NCBI GenBank assembly: GCA_046726415.1
Contig: JBKPAK010000193.1
Span: forward strand, 1-55,286
DNA length: 55,286 nucleotides
Direction of reading: 5' to 3'
Origin: Candidatus Methylomirabilota bacterium
GTDB lineage: Bacteria; Methylomirabilota; Methylomirabilia; Rokubacteriales; CSP1-6
Shown here: positions 21,900 to 31,855 of the stretch, in pieces
How positions within the stretch are numbered: position 1 is the first letter of the stretch
Layout of the letters: the number at the start of each line of letters is the position of its first letter
Position numbers and translations under genes: made by a program
The notes under the pieces: generated by a model
The model's input: the letters and a program-made list of their open reading frames with translations, nothing else
Told to the model about the DNA's origin: nothing
Databases searched by the model: none

Positions 21900-22801
21900 T
21901 GTCCGCCGCTGCGATCGTCCTGGCCGGCGGCGACGGCACCCGGCTGCGCTCGCTGACCCGTCGCCTCGCCGGTGACGACCGACCCAAGCAGTTCTGCGCG
22001 CTGCTGGGCGACGAGACCCTGCTCGACCAGACGCGGCGGCGTGCGGCCCGGCTTGTCGCCCCGGAGCACACGGTGCTGTCGGTCACGCAGACCCACGAGT
22101 CCTACTATCGGTCGGCGCTGGCGGATGTGTCCCGGGCCAACATCGTGGCCCAGCCCTGCAACCGCGGCACGGCGCCGGCGATCCTCTATGCGCTCATGCG
22201 GCTGCGGCGCCTCACCGCAGCGGATGCCGTTGTCCTGCTGCCGAGCGATCATTACGTCTCCGACGACGATGGCCTCATGGCGCGGGTTGAGGGGGCGATG
22301 GAGGCGGTGCGGCGCCGCCCGGAGCTTTTCGTCCTGCTCGGTATCGAGCCTGACCGGCCCGAGGTCGAGTACGGCTGGATCGAGCCGGCTGAAGTCATCC
22401 TGGGCCGGTGGGCGTGGCCGATCTACCGTGTACGGCGCTTCTGGGAGAAGCCGCCGCGAGCCGACGCCCAGCGGCTCCTCGAGCAGGGCTGCCTCTGGAA
22501 CAGCTTCGTCATCGTCGCCAATCCCTGTGTCCTCGAGGAGTGCATTTGCGGAGCGCTGCCGTCACTGGCGGCTGAGTTCGAGCCGGTCCGCGCACGGGTA
22601 GGCGCCCCCGGGGAAGACGACGCTGCCAGAGGCGTCTACGCCCGGCTTGCCCCCAACGATTTCTCGCGGGACGTTCTCCAGCAACGGCCGGACGACCTGG
22701 CAGTGCTTCCGGTGACCGGACTGGAGTGGAACGACCTGGGCGAGCCCGCGCGCGTCCTCGCCACCCAGCGCCGTCTCGCCGGAGCGCTGGCGACGGCGTA
22801 G
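21896..22801 (+). CDS. Mannose-1-phosphate guanylyltransferase-like nucleotidyltransferase
   Basis: [35 protein letters not shown]. Confidence 0.85.
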
Positions 22802-22941
22802 GCGCCTCGAAACCTCAACCCCTGAGCTCGACGCCGCGGCCAGCGCCGGCTAGACAGCAGGCTCGGCGGGGCCGCGCCAATGCGTGGCCTACAGGCCGGC
22901 CGAGTCGTCCAGCGGCCCGCTCGGGCGTCGACCGCGCAGAT

Positions 22942-22958
22942 TTCACAGCACCGTGACA
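22942..22958 (+). promoter_or_regulatory. Repeated 17-bp motif, copy 2
   Basis: TTCACAGCACCGTGACA, 70 bp upstream of ATG 23028. Confidence 0.5.
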
Positions 22959-23027
22959 ACCCCGGCGATTCGTCGTCGATCGATACTGCCGCCCGACCGA
23001 AGCTCGCGGCCCATCAGGAGGAGCAAC

Positions 23028-23158
23028 ATGACGACGTGGGCGCGGCGGTGGAGAACGATGGCGACGGCGGCCGTCACAGTGGCCGGGCTGACACTGAGCG
23101 GCTGTGCGTCGGGCGGGGACGGCATGATGAAGAAGGACGACAAGATGACAAGAAGTAG
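23028..23158 (+). CDS. Small Met/Lys/Asp-rich lipoprotein (MXKDX-like), probable 1-bp indel
   Basis: RBS AGGAGG, lipobox LSGC, GDGMMKKDDKM/DKK*. Confidence 0.55.
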
Positions 23159-23200
23159 CCCGCGTCGACAGCGAACGCGGTTAGGCGCCCCACCGTCGCG

Positions 23201-23710
23201 TCAGTGGCCGAGCGGCGCGCCGTTGAGCAGAGTGCGCGTGCTGACGGGGACCGGCTGCTGCAGCGCCTGCATCACGAAGCAGCCGCGCTCGGCGTTGCGG
23301 ACGACGCGGGCGACGAGGTCCGGCGGATCGGGCGAGTCGATCTCCAGGGTCGTCTCGGCGCCGAGCATCTGCCCCTGGATCGTGTCGTTCAGCACCGAGC
23401 CGTCCACGCGATAGCGCGCCGTCACCTTCATGCGCATCCCGTTCACCGTGACCTTCAGCATGTGCCCGTACCGGGACACCTGGGTCATCAGTCAGAACGC
23501 GAGCGCGGCGCTGAAGTACATCAGCGGCGTGGGCGCCGAGCCGAGGCCACCCAGGCTGGGGCCCTCGTCGGATGCGAACGTCATGTGGCCGGCGCCGCCG
23601 CGACTAACGGTGGCCAGCTTGAGGAACGGCGTGACGAGGCTGACGTCGGCCTCGAACACGATTTCGCGCGACTGGATCTTGGGGTCCAGCCCCTCGGGGA
23701 CGGTGCTCAT
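23201..23710 (-). CDS. OsmC-like selenoprotein (Sec73), 169 aa
   Basis: In-frame TGA 23492-23494 in SAPTPLMYFSAALAF-U-LMTQ; second Cys in AERGCFV; RBS; hairpin 23462-23479. Confidence 0.85.
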
Positions 23711-23732
23711 GCGACCTCCTTTCGTGCGAGGG

Positions 23733-24386
23733 TCACGACGCGCCCAGCCGGCGCAGGATCTCGACGGTGTGGGCCGGCTCCGAGCGCCGCGTGTAGTCGA
23801 CGTCGGCGTCGACGGCACGGACGACGCCGGCCCGGTCGATCACGAGCCGCGCGGGCACGGGCAGCCGCCAGGTGCCGTCGCCGTTGCCGCGGGCCAGGTC
23901 GATGCCCATCGCGAGGTAGATCGCACGCAGGTCTTCCGGCAGCGTGAAGGCCAGGCCGTAGGCCTCGGCCACCCGGTTGCCGAAGTCGTGGAGCACCTCG
24001 AACGGCAGCGGCTTGGGCTCCTCGGTCTCGCGGGGCGTGCGCGCCACCTGCGGCGAGACGACGGCCAGAGTGGCGCCGGTGGCCGCGATGTCGGGCAGGG
24101 CGTGGCGCAGAGCCTCCAGCTCTGCGTTACAGTACGGTCACCAGCGCCCGCGATAGAACGACAGCACGACCGGCCCCCGCGCTCGCAGGTCGGCCAGCCG
24201 CACCGGCACCTGGGCGGTGTTGGGCAGGGTGAAGTCGGGTGCCGGATGCCCCACCCGGACGATGCGGTCCATGATGCCGGACGCGCGCAGCTCGTCGGTG
24301 CTCCGCTCGATGACGGCCAGGCGCTCCGGGGGAATGCGGGCCTTGGCGGCCTCGCGCATGCGGTCCAGCGTATCCTGCAGGGCCAT
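23733..24386 (-). CDS. AhpC/TSA peroxiredoxin-like selenoprotein (UxxC, Sec83), 217 aa
   Basis: FYRGRW-U-PYCNAEL, TGA 24138-24140, frame continues; perfect hairpin 24106-24126. Confidence 0.92.
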
Positions 24387-24476
24387 CGCGTCCTCCTGGC
24401 GTGGGATGCCCCGTCGGGGGGCTGCCGACTTCGATGCCCCGGGCGGGCCGGGCGATTCGCACCCTACCACGTTTTC

Positions 24477-24492
24477 TTGACCGGTCGTTCAG
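24477..24492. promoter_or_regulatory. Probable TetR operator
   Basis: Imperfect palindrome TTGACCGGTCGTTCAG between divergent prx and tetR. Confidence 0.55.
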
Positions 24493-24511
24493 AAACTGAT
24501 ATTCGGATTGC

Positions 24512-25099
24512 GTGGGTCGCCCGCCCGAGTTCGAGCGTGACGTCGTCCTCGACCGCGCCATGCGCGCGTTCTGGTCGCGCGGCTACGAGGCCACGTCGAT
24601 CCAGCACCTGGTCGAGCGCACGGGGCTCCAGCGCGGCAGCCTCTACGGCGCCTTCGGCGACAAGCGGGGGCTGTTCTTCGCCGCCATGGAGCGCTACGAC
24701 CAGGTGGCGACCGCCCGGCTGCTGGCGGCCCTCGACGCGCCCGGATCCGGGCTGGCCGCCATCCGGCGGTTCTTCCGTCTGAAGGTGGCGGCGGCCCGCG
24801 AGCGCGGGCGGCCGCGCGGCTGCCTGGTCACCAACTCGGCCACCGAGCTTGGCGCCCGCGACGCGCCGAGCACGAGCCGCATCGGTGCGACGCTGTGCCG
24901 CATCGAGGCGGCCTTTCACCGCGCGATCTTGCGGGCCCAGGCGGCCGGCGAGATCGACCCGGCCCGCGACCCGAGGGCACTGGCCCGCTTCCTCACCAGC
25001 AGCGCCCAGGGGCTGTCGGTCATGGCCAAGGCCGCTCCCGACCTCGCGGCGCTCGACGACATCGTGAAGGTCACGCTGGAGGTCCTCACGCGCCGATGA
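24512..25099 (+). CDS. TetR/AcrR regulator (NemR-like, GCL motif)
   Basis: MGRPPEF..FWSRGYEATS..SLYGAFGDK..RGCLVTNSATE. Confidence 0.9.
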   Translation: MGRPPEFERDVVLDRAMRAFWSRGYEATSIQHLVERTGLQRGSLYGAFGDKRGLFFAAMERYDQVATARLLAALDAPGSGLAAIRRFFRLKVAAARERGRPRGCLVTNSATELGARDAPSTSRIGATLCRIEAAFHRAILRAQAAGEIDPARDPRALARFLTSSAQGLSVMAKAAPDLAALDDIVKVTLEVLTRR

Positions 25100-25770
25100 G
25101 CACCATCAGGGGGTTCGTCTTCGATGCCTATGGCACGCTGTTCGACGTGTTTTCCGTCACCGCGCTGTGCGAGCAGCGTTTTCCCGGCAAGGGCGCTGCC
25201 CTGGCCCAGCTGTGGCGGACCAAGCAGCTGCAATACAGCATGATGCGCAGCCTCATGGGCCGCTACCGCGACTTCTGGCGGCTCACCGAGGACGGGCTCG
25301 GCTACGCCTGCAAGGTCCTGGGGCTGACCTTGACCGACGACACCCGCGCGGCACTGCTGGAGGCTTACCTGCGCCTGGCCGCGTTCCCCGACGTGAAGCC
25401 GGGGCTCGAGGCCCTGCGGGCCCGTGGCCTGCGGCTGGGCATCCTCTCCAACGGCGAGCCGAAGATGCTGGAGGCGGCCGCGCAGCACGCGGGCATCCGG
25501 CCCCTGCTCGACCGCATCGTCAGCGTCGAGGAGGTGCAGGTCTTCAAGCCGAGCCCGCGCGTGTACGCGCTGGCGACCGAGCGGATGGGCGTGACCCGCG
25601 CGGAGCTCGGATTCGTGTCGTCGAACTCGTGGGACGTGGCCGGCGCCGCCTCGGCCGGTCTCAGAACGTTCTGGATCCAGCGCAGCGCGGTCGAGCCGCC
25701 CGAGGAGCTCGGCTTCGGCGCCGAGCACGTGGTGCACGCGCTCACCGACCTCCTTCCCCTCGTGCCATGA
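25096..25770 (+). CDS. Haloacid dehalogenase type II
   Basis: FDAYGTLFDV, WRTKQLQY, LSNG, FKPSPRVY, VSSNSWDVAGA. Confidence 0.9.
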   Translation: MSTIRGFVFDAYGTLFDVFSVTALCEQRFPGKGAALAQLWRTKQLQYSMMRSLMGRYRDFWRLTEDGLGYACKVLGLTLTDDTRAALLEAYLRLAAFPDVKPGLEALRARGLRLGILSNGEPKMLEAAAQHAGIRPLLDRIVSVEEVQVFKPSPRVYALATERMGVTRAELGFVSSNSWDVAGAASAGLRTFWIQRSAVEPPEELGFGAEHVVHALTDLLPLVP

Positions 25771-26573
25771 CCACGATTCGCATGGTCGACCCCGCCACGG
25801 TGACCGGAAAGGTCAAAGAGATCTTCGACGCGGTGCTGCGCCGCGAGCGGACGGTCTTCGGTGCGACCGCGATCTCCAACATCTGGCGCTGCATGGGCCA
25901 CTCGCCCGCGCTGGTGGAGGCCAACTGGGAGCGCTCGCGGGCCCTGATGCAGCGCGGCCACTTCACGCCGCTCCAGCGGGAGCTCATCGCGACCGCGGTC
26001 TCCATCGCCAACGCCTGTCACTACTGAATCGACTCGCACGTGGCCGCCGTGATGCGGCTGGGCGTGAGCGAGGTAGGAGTGACGGAGCTGATGGGCGTCA
26101 CCGAGCACGCGAGGGCACTGGCCACCACGGCGTCCGCGCTGCTCTTGGAGTCGCTCGACGGCGAGGGGAGCCTGATCCCGCCGCTCGGCCCCGGCACCAA
26201 GGACCCGGAGGTCGAGGCGCTGCTCGAAGAGGTGGCGGCGTGGGGCCAGACGGCGCTCGGACGCACGACGGTGCCGACGATCTGGAGGATCCTCGCCCAC
26301 AACGTCCACTACTTCCGCGCGACGTGGCGCAAGGAGACCAAGCTGATGGCCGGGGGCGAGCTGACGGGCCGCGACAAGCGCCGGGCGGCGCTGGGCGTGG
26401 CGATGGCGACGCGGGTGCGCTACATGGTCGAGTACCACACCGCGGTGCTCCGCCACGCCGGCGACACCGACGGTGATCTGCTGGAGATTCTCGGCGTCGT
26501 CGATCACTACACGACGCTCAACACGCTGTCGGAGGCCATGCAGATCGAGTCGGACATCCGCCCGTCACACTGA
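25767..26573 (+). CDS. Two-domain AhpD/CMD-like selenoprotein (CxxU, Sec87), 268 aa
   Basis: RELIATAVSIANACHY-U-IDSH, TGA 26025-26027, frame continues; hairpin 26033-26072. Confidence 0.88.
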
Positions 26574-26585
26574 AGGCGCGAAGGA

Positions 26586-27014
26586 GTGCCTGGCCGGGAT
26601 CGGGAAGTTCCCGAGCGCCGACGAGATGCCCAGCGCGGCCGGGGCGATGGTGGCCGGTTCCTCCTTCCGCGCCGTCAGGGTGAACGCGCCGAGCCCGAGT
26701 GGATGCGCCTTGCCCTCGATGCGCTAGCCCGGCGCCGGCCATCCCCGGGCCGGCGGTTCCTGCTCCGCGTACAAGAAGGTCGCCGCGAGGCTGTCCTGCA
26801 TGTGGCGGGTGGACGCGCGGGGACCACGGTGAGCCTCGAAGCGGCGCCCGCCGACGCCACACCTGTGCTCGATATCCCGACGCTGTTGGCGGTCGCGAGT
26901 GGGCGCCTGTCTCTGGCGCAGGCGGTGGAGAGCGGTCGCGTGAGAATGAGCGGTGACCGCCGAGCGCTCAAGGATTTCGGGCGATTGTTCGAGAACGGAC
27001 CCGGACCGCAATAG
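26586..27014 (+). CDS. SCP2 sterol-binding-like domain protein
   Basis: LAVASGRLSLAQAVESGRVRMSGD; N-terminus poorly defined. Confidence 0.5.
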   Translation: MPGRDREVPERRRDAQRGRGDGGRFLLPRRQGERAEPEWMRLALDALARRRPSPGRRFLLRVQEGRREAVLHVAGGRAGTTVSLEAAPADATPVLDIPTLLAVASGRLSLAQAVESGRVRMSGDRRALKDFGRLFENGPGPQ

Positions 27015-27218
27015 GGGGCCGTCGAACCGGTCTGGGCCACGTGGTCAGAAACGAGCGGCCTGAGCCTGCCAACCGGATGCTTCAGACAGCCCGCGCGTAA
27101 TACCCCGAAGAGTTCCGATCCCCCTGTACTCGGGGTGTAGATAATTGATTTCGTCCGTTGACCGCTGTTACTGATGGATCCTGTCGTCGAATGGGCCAGG
27201 GCCTGCGACACCGATGAT

Positions 27219-27235
27219 TTCACACGGTTGTAACA
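27219..27235 (+). promoter_or_regulatory. Repeated 17-bp motif, copy 3
   Basis: TTCACACGGTTGTAACA followed by CATACT (27260), upstream of the rSAM/GT operon. Confidence 0.55.
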
Positions 27236-27283
27236 ACTGAGCCACGCCCCCCCTGGGGCCATACTCCAGCGCACAGAGGCAAA

Positions 27284-27961
27284 GTGCGAGTCACTGTGGT
27301 GATCCCGGCATTGAACGAGGAAGCCGCCATTGGCGGTGTCGTCTGCGAGGTACCGCGTGATCTGGTCGATGAGATCATTGTCGTCGACAACGGCAGTACC
27401 GACCGCACCGCGGAGATAGCGGCTGCCGCCGGCGCCCGGGTGGTCCGCGAGCCGATCCGCGGCTACGGAGCCGCCTGCCGGGCCGGTGCATTGGCCGCAG
27501 GAGACACGGACATCCTCGTCTTTCTCGACGGTGACCGCAACGAGGATCCGGCCGAACTGCCCCGCGTGTTGGGTCCCGTGCTCGCGGGAAACGCCGACCT
27601 GGTCCTGGGATCGCGTGTGGGCGGCGCGGCGCGAGGCGCTCTCACGCTGCAACAACGGGTCGGCAACCGGGTCGTGACAGCGCTGGTGCGCCTACTGTAC
27701 GGGCTTCGGCTCACCGACATCGGCCCCTTCCGGGCGATTCCGGCACGCAGCCTTCGCGAACTCCGCATGGAGCACAAAACGTACGGGTGGCCCGTGGAAA
27801 TGGTCGTCAAGGCCGCGCGGCACGGCTACAGGATTGTCGAGGTGCCCGTGAGCTGTCGCCAGCGCCTGGGCCGCTCGAAAGTCGCTGGGACGTTCACGGG
27901 CAGTGTGCTCGCCGGTTACCATCTGCTGCTCACGACGGTGCGGTATGCGTGGAGGCGGTAA
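27284..27961 (+). CDS. Glycosyltransferase family 2 (DPM synthase-like)
   Basis: VVIPALNEE, VVDNGSTD, FLDGD, GPFRAI. Confidence 0.9.
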   Translation: MRVTVVIPALNEEAAIGGVVCEVPRDLVDEIIVVDNGSTDRTAEIAAAAGARVVREPIRGYGAACRAGALAAGDTDILVFLDGDRNEDPAELPRVLGPVLAGNADLVLGSRVGGAARGALTLQQRVGNRVVTALVRLLYGLRLTDIGPFRAIPARSLRELRMEHKTYGWPVEMVVKAARHGYRIVEVPVSCRQRLGRSKVAGTFTGSVLAGYHLLLTTVRYAWRR

Positions 27962-27965
27962 CGCC

Positions 27966-28958
27966 ATGGCCTTGTCCGTCGGGCTCGGGCTCACAAACGA
28001 ATGCAATCTCCGATGCCCGCACTGTTATCGGCCGGACAGGGTCGTGAAGCGGCTGGCACTTCGAGATGTGCAGCAGATCTGCGAGAGCATTCCCGTGCGC
28101 TCGATGAACCTCGGCGTGGGCGAGAACGGCCTCCACGGCGAGTACGCGCCGATTCTCGACTATCTATGGGGACGCGGGTTGAGGACCAGCATCACCTCCA
28201 ATGGCCTCAGCATCCAGACCCTCGACGACGTGTCGGTCAAGCGCTTCCACAGTGTCGAGTTCTCGCTGGATTTCCCGTCCGAGAGTGAACACGACGCGTT
28301 CCGGGGCGCCGGGAACTGGCGGACGGTCATCGGTGGACTCGAACGCTGCGTTGGGCTCGGGGTGCCGGTCACCGTGACCGCGGTCATGATGAGCATCAAC
28401 TACGACCGCCTGGCCGAGCTCGCGCGCCTGGCGGCAAGCTTCGCGGCTCACCTTCGCGTCAACATCTATCAGCCGGCGAAGACGGACCGCTTCACGCTGA
28501 CCTACGAGCACTTCTGGCGTGGCTTTCGGCTTCTTTCGGAGGCGACGCGCCTGGTTGCCACGACCGAGCCCGTGCTGGCTGCCGTGCTCGATTTGCCCGA
28601 CTTCGTGGGGCCGGGCTGCGGGCGCACTACCGTCCGGGTTGCGCCCGACGGCATGGTGATGCCGTGTACGTACTGGCCGGCGAGCCGCCTCCGGCTCGCG
28701 GATCTGACGCGGCTCGGCACGGCCATCGTCGAGACTGCCGAGTTTGTAGAGGCGCGGCGAGTCCCGGCTGCGTGCGTCGACTGTCCCTGTCGTGGCGGCT
28801 GCGCCGGCCGCCGCGCGCTGGCGGGAGGGCTCGATGCTCCGGATCCGTACTGTCCCTTCACGCGGGGAGAGCGGATCGTGCTCGAGTGGGAGCGCACGAA
28901 GCGGGAGGACCTTCCGAAAATGAGCAGCGCCTGCACCACCCTCGTCTCGGCTCGCTGA
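27966..28958 (+). CDS. Radical SAM/SPASM protein
   Basis: CNLRCPHC; C-terminal CG..PC..CVDCPCRGGC..DPYC. Confidence 0.88.
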   Translation: MALSVGLGLTNECNLRCPHCYRPDRVVKRLALRDVQQICESIPVRSMNLGVGENGLHGEYAPILDYLWGRGLRTSITSNGLSIQTLDDVSVKRFHSVEFSLDFPSESEHDAFRGAGNWRTVIGGLERCVGLGVPVTVTAVMMSINYDRLAELARLAASFAAHLRVNIYQPAKTDRFTLTYEHFWRGFRLLSEATRLVATTEPVLAAVLDLPDFVGPGCGRTTVRVAPDGMVMPCTYWPASRLRLADLTRLGTAIVETAEFVEARRVPAACVDCPCRGGCAGRRALAGGLDAPDPYCPFTRGERIVLEWERTKREDLPKMSSACTTLVSAR

Positions 28959-28969
28959 GCCGTCGGCCC

Positions 28970-29980
28970 ATGGCTGCTGCCCACCACCGCCCGCCCGTGG
29001 TCCCCTCGCTGCCGCGATCGCTCTACCTGGAGACGACCAATCGCTGCGACTCGAAGTGCCAGACGTGCATCCGGACGTTCCGGCGCCTCGAGCCGCCAGC
29101 CGACCTCACGCTGGCGCAGGTGAAGGCCATCACCGAGCAATTCCCGGTGCTGGAGCGAGTCGTCCTTCACGGCATCGGCGAGCCGTTGCTCAACCGCGAG
29201 ATCTTCGAGATCGTGATCTACCTCAAGTCCCGGGCGGCAACCGTCCTCTTCAACTCCGACGCGATCAGCCTCACGCAGGCGCGCGCGCTCAAGCTCACCG
29301 ACAGCGGTCTCGACGAGTACCGGGTCTCGATGGACGCGGCGACAGCCGAGACCTACCGGCGGATCCGCGGCGTCGACCAGTTCGATCGTGTGGTGACGAA
29401 CGTGCGGAGGCTCGTGGAACTCGAGCGGGAGCGGAGCCGGGAGGCGCCGCGTGTCTCGCTCTGGTTCACGGCGACCCGGGTCAACCTCCAGGAGCTACCG
29501 ACCTTCGTGCGACTGGCCGCCGGGGTGGGTGTCGCGGAGGTCTACGTGCAGCGGCTCGTTTTCAACGAGCTGGGAATGGCCACCGCTGACAACGCGCTGC
29601 ACGGGAGGCTGCGTGAGCAGGAGCAGGAACTGCTCGCGCGAACCGAGGAGCTGGCGCGCGCGCTCGGGCTCGTGCTCCACGCCTCGGGGCTGACGACACC
29701 GCTGGCGAGCCTCAGCGGGCAGGCCGCGGGCGCACGCCCCTGGGCGGGCTGCCAGCGGCCGTGGACCCTGAGCTACGTGACTGCCAACGGCAACGTCCTG
29801 CCGTGCTGCATCTCGCCGTGGGTGGCTCGTGACTATGAGGCCCTGGTGCTCGGCAACGCGTTCCGGCAACCGTTTGCCGAGATCTGGAACGGGGAGCGGT
29901 ATCGCCGATTTCGCACCGACTTCGAGAGCGAAAAGCCGCCCGACCCGTGTCGCGGCTGCGGGCTTCGGTGGAGCATTTGA
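28970..29980 (+). CDS. Radical SAM protein with SPASM/twitch domain
   Basis: CDSKCQTC, HGIGEPLL, CQRPW..LPCC..CRGC. Confidence 0.88.
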   Translation: MAAAHHRPPVVPSLPRSLYLETTNRCDSKCQTCIRTFRRLEPPADLTLAQVKAITEQFPVLERVVLHGIGEPLLNREIFEIVIYLKSRAATVLFNSDAISLTQARALKLTDSGLDEYRVSMDAATAETYRRIRGVDQFDRVVTNVRRLVELERERSREAPRVSLWFTATRVNLQELPTFVRLAAGVGVAEVYVQRLVFNELGMATADNALHGRLREQEQELLARTEELARALGLVLHASGLTTPLASLSGQAAGARPWAGCQRPWTLSYVTANGNVLPCCISPWVARDYEALVLGNAFRQPFAEIWNGERYRRFRTDFESEKPPDPCRGCGLRWSI

Positions 29981-29982
29981 CC

Positions 29983-30501
29983 ATGTCGCGCGACCGACTG
30001 GGCCTGGGCGTCCTCGTTCCCGGCTGGCCGCTCGCCGTCTTCCGGATCGCCTACGGCGTGCTCTTCCTCGACATGGCCCTGCAGAAGGCACCCTGGAACA
30101 ACTACGGGTGGCTGGAAGGCTTCATCCAGAAGGAGATCGCCAGCCCGGCGTTCGGCTGGTACGCCGCCTTCCTGCAGCACGTTGTGCTCCCGAACTTCTC
30201 GTTCTTCGCGCTGCAGACCTTCGCGATCGAGCTCGCGCTGGGTCTGGGGCTCCTGCTTGGGATCTTGACACGACTGGCCGGTCTCGCCGGCTTCCTCTGG
30301 CAGGTGAACATCGCGCTCGGGGCCTTCAACGTGCCAGGGGAGTGGTACTGGATCTGGCCGCTGCTCTCGCTCCCGCTCTTCTGCTTCGCGTTCGCCGGGG
30401 CCGGGCGCGTCCTCGGTGTCGATCGCGTGCTCGAGCCGGCCCTGCGCCGCCGGGCGGCCGCGGGTCAGGGGTGGGCGCGCGTCGTGCAGTACGCGGTGTG
30501 A
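29983..30501 (+). CDS. DoxX/TQO small-subunit-like membrane protein
   Basis: RIAYGVLFL..K, ELALGLGLLLGILTRLA, GRVLGVD. Confidence 0.75.
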   Translation: MSRDRLGLGVLVPGWPLAVFRIAYGVLFLDMALQKAPWNNYGWLEGFIQKEIASPAFGWYAAFLQHVVLPNFSFFALQTFAIELALGLGLLLGILTRLAGLAGFLWQVNIALGAFNVPGEWYWIWPLLSLPLFCFAFAGAGRVLGVDRVLEPALRRRAAAGQGWARVVQYAV

Positions 30502-30517
30502 CGGCGGAGCGGGCGGC

Positions 30518-31855
30518 TTGAGTGGGCGAGCCCTGGCGCGCTGGATCATCGGAATCCTCGGCGTCGCCAGCGCGCTCGGCTATGCCCTGGGCCTGCCGCG
30601 GTTCGTCGCCCACGCCACCCATCCGCATCTGGCCTACATCGCCCTCTTCGGTAGCCTGTTCCTCCTCTATCTGGTCGCCACGTCGCTCGCCTTCCGCGGC
30701 GACGACGACCGGGTGGTTCTCGGTCTGATCCTCGCGTTCGGCCTGCTCTTCCGGGTGAGCGTCCTCGTGAGTCCGGTCGTGCTCTCATCCGACGTCTACC
30801 GGTACCTGTGGGACGGTCGCGTGCAGCGAGCGGGCATCAGCCCGTACCGGTATCCGCCCTCGGCCCCCGAGCTCGCGGCGCTGCGTGACGAGACGATTTA
30901 CCCCAACATCAATCGGCCCACGAAACCGACGGTCTATCCACCAGGGTCTCAGGCCGCCTTCGCGCTGATGGCCCGGGTGGCGCCGGACAGTCTCCCAGCG
31001 TGGCGGGCGTTCATTCTCGCGACCGACGTGGTCACCGTCGCGCTCCTCCTCGTGCTGCTCCGGCGGGCGGGTGTGACGCCGACGGCGGCGATCGTCTACG
31101 CCTGGTCCCCGCTCGCCGTCTTCGAAGGGGCCCAGGCCGGTCATGCCGACCTGGTGATGATCCCCCTCGTGCTGGCGGCGCTCGCCTGGCGCCAGCAGGG
31201 CTCGTCCGTGCGCGCCGGCGTCGCGCTGGGCGGTGCCGTGCTGCTGAAGCTGTATCCGGTCGTGCTGCTGGCCGCCTGGTGGCGGCCGCGCGACTGGCGG
31301 TTCCCGACGGCCGTGGCCGCCACGGTCGCGCTGGGATATCTGCCGCACGCCGCCGACGTCGGCCTCGGCGCGCTCGGATTTCTTCCCGAGTACTTCGGCA
31401 GCGCGGAGGATCACAACATCGGCCTGCGGGCACTCGTGACGTACCCGCTCGGACTGAGCGGGGAGCTTGCGCGGGCCGTCGCCATGGCGCTGCTCTTCGG
31501 CGTGATGGCGGTCGCGCTCGTGGGAATCGGCCGGGCGAACGGCGGCGAGCCGGGCGGCATGATCAGGGCGGGCGCGCTGGCCGTCGCCACGTACCTGCTG
31601 CTGGTGCCGACCGGCATGCACCCGTGGTACGCGGTGTGGATCATCCCGTTCCTCTGCTTCCACCGCTGGCCGGCCTGGCTCTACTTCAGCGGCGGCGTGA
31701 CCCTCTCGTACATGAGCTATGTCGTCGAGCCGGCGCCGATCCCCTGGTGGGCATGGCTGGCCGAGTATGGCCCGCTCTATGCGCTGCTGCTGTGGGCTGG
31801 CTGGCGCGCGCTCCGGCAGCGCGTGCCCGTCGCCATCGCGCCGAGGACCACGTGA
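30518..31855 (+). CDS. GT-C membrane glycosyltransferase (GT87/DUF2029-like)
   Basis: SSDVYRYLWDG, VYPP, YAWSPL, GHAD, HPWY. Confidence 0.8.
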   Translation: MSGRALARWIIGILGVASALGYALGLPRFVAHATHPHLAYIALFGSLFLLYLVATSLAFRGDDDRVVLGLILAFGLLFRVSVLVSPVVLSSDVYRYLWDGRVQRAGISPYRYPPSAPELAALRDETIYPNINRPTKPTVYPPGSQAAFALMARVAPDSLPAWRAFILATDVVTVALLLVLLRRAGVTPTAAIVYAWSPLAVFEGAQAGHADLVMIPLVLAALAWRQQGSSVRAGVALGGAVLLKLYPVVLLAAWWRPRDWRFPTAVAATVALGYLPHAADVGLGALGFLPEYFGSAEDHNIGLRALVTYPLGLSGELARAVAMALLFGVMAVALVGIGRANGGEPGGMIRAGALAVATYLLLVPTGMHPWYAVWIIPFLCFHRWPAWLYFSGGVTLSYMSYVVEPAPIPWWAWLAEYGPLYALLLWAGWRALRQRVPVAIAPRTT

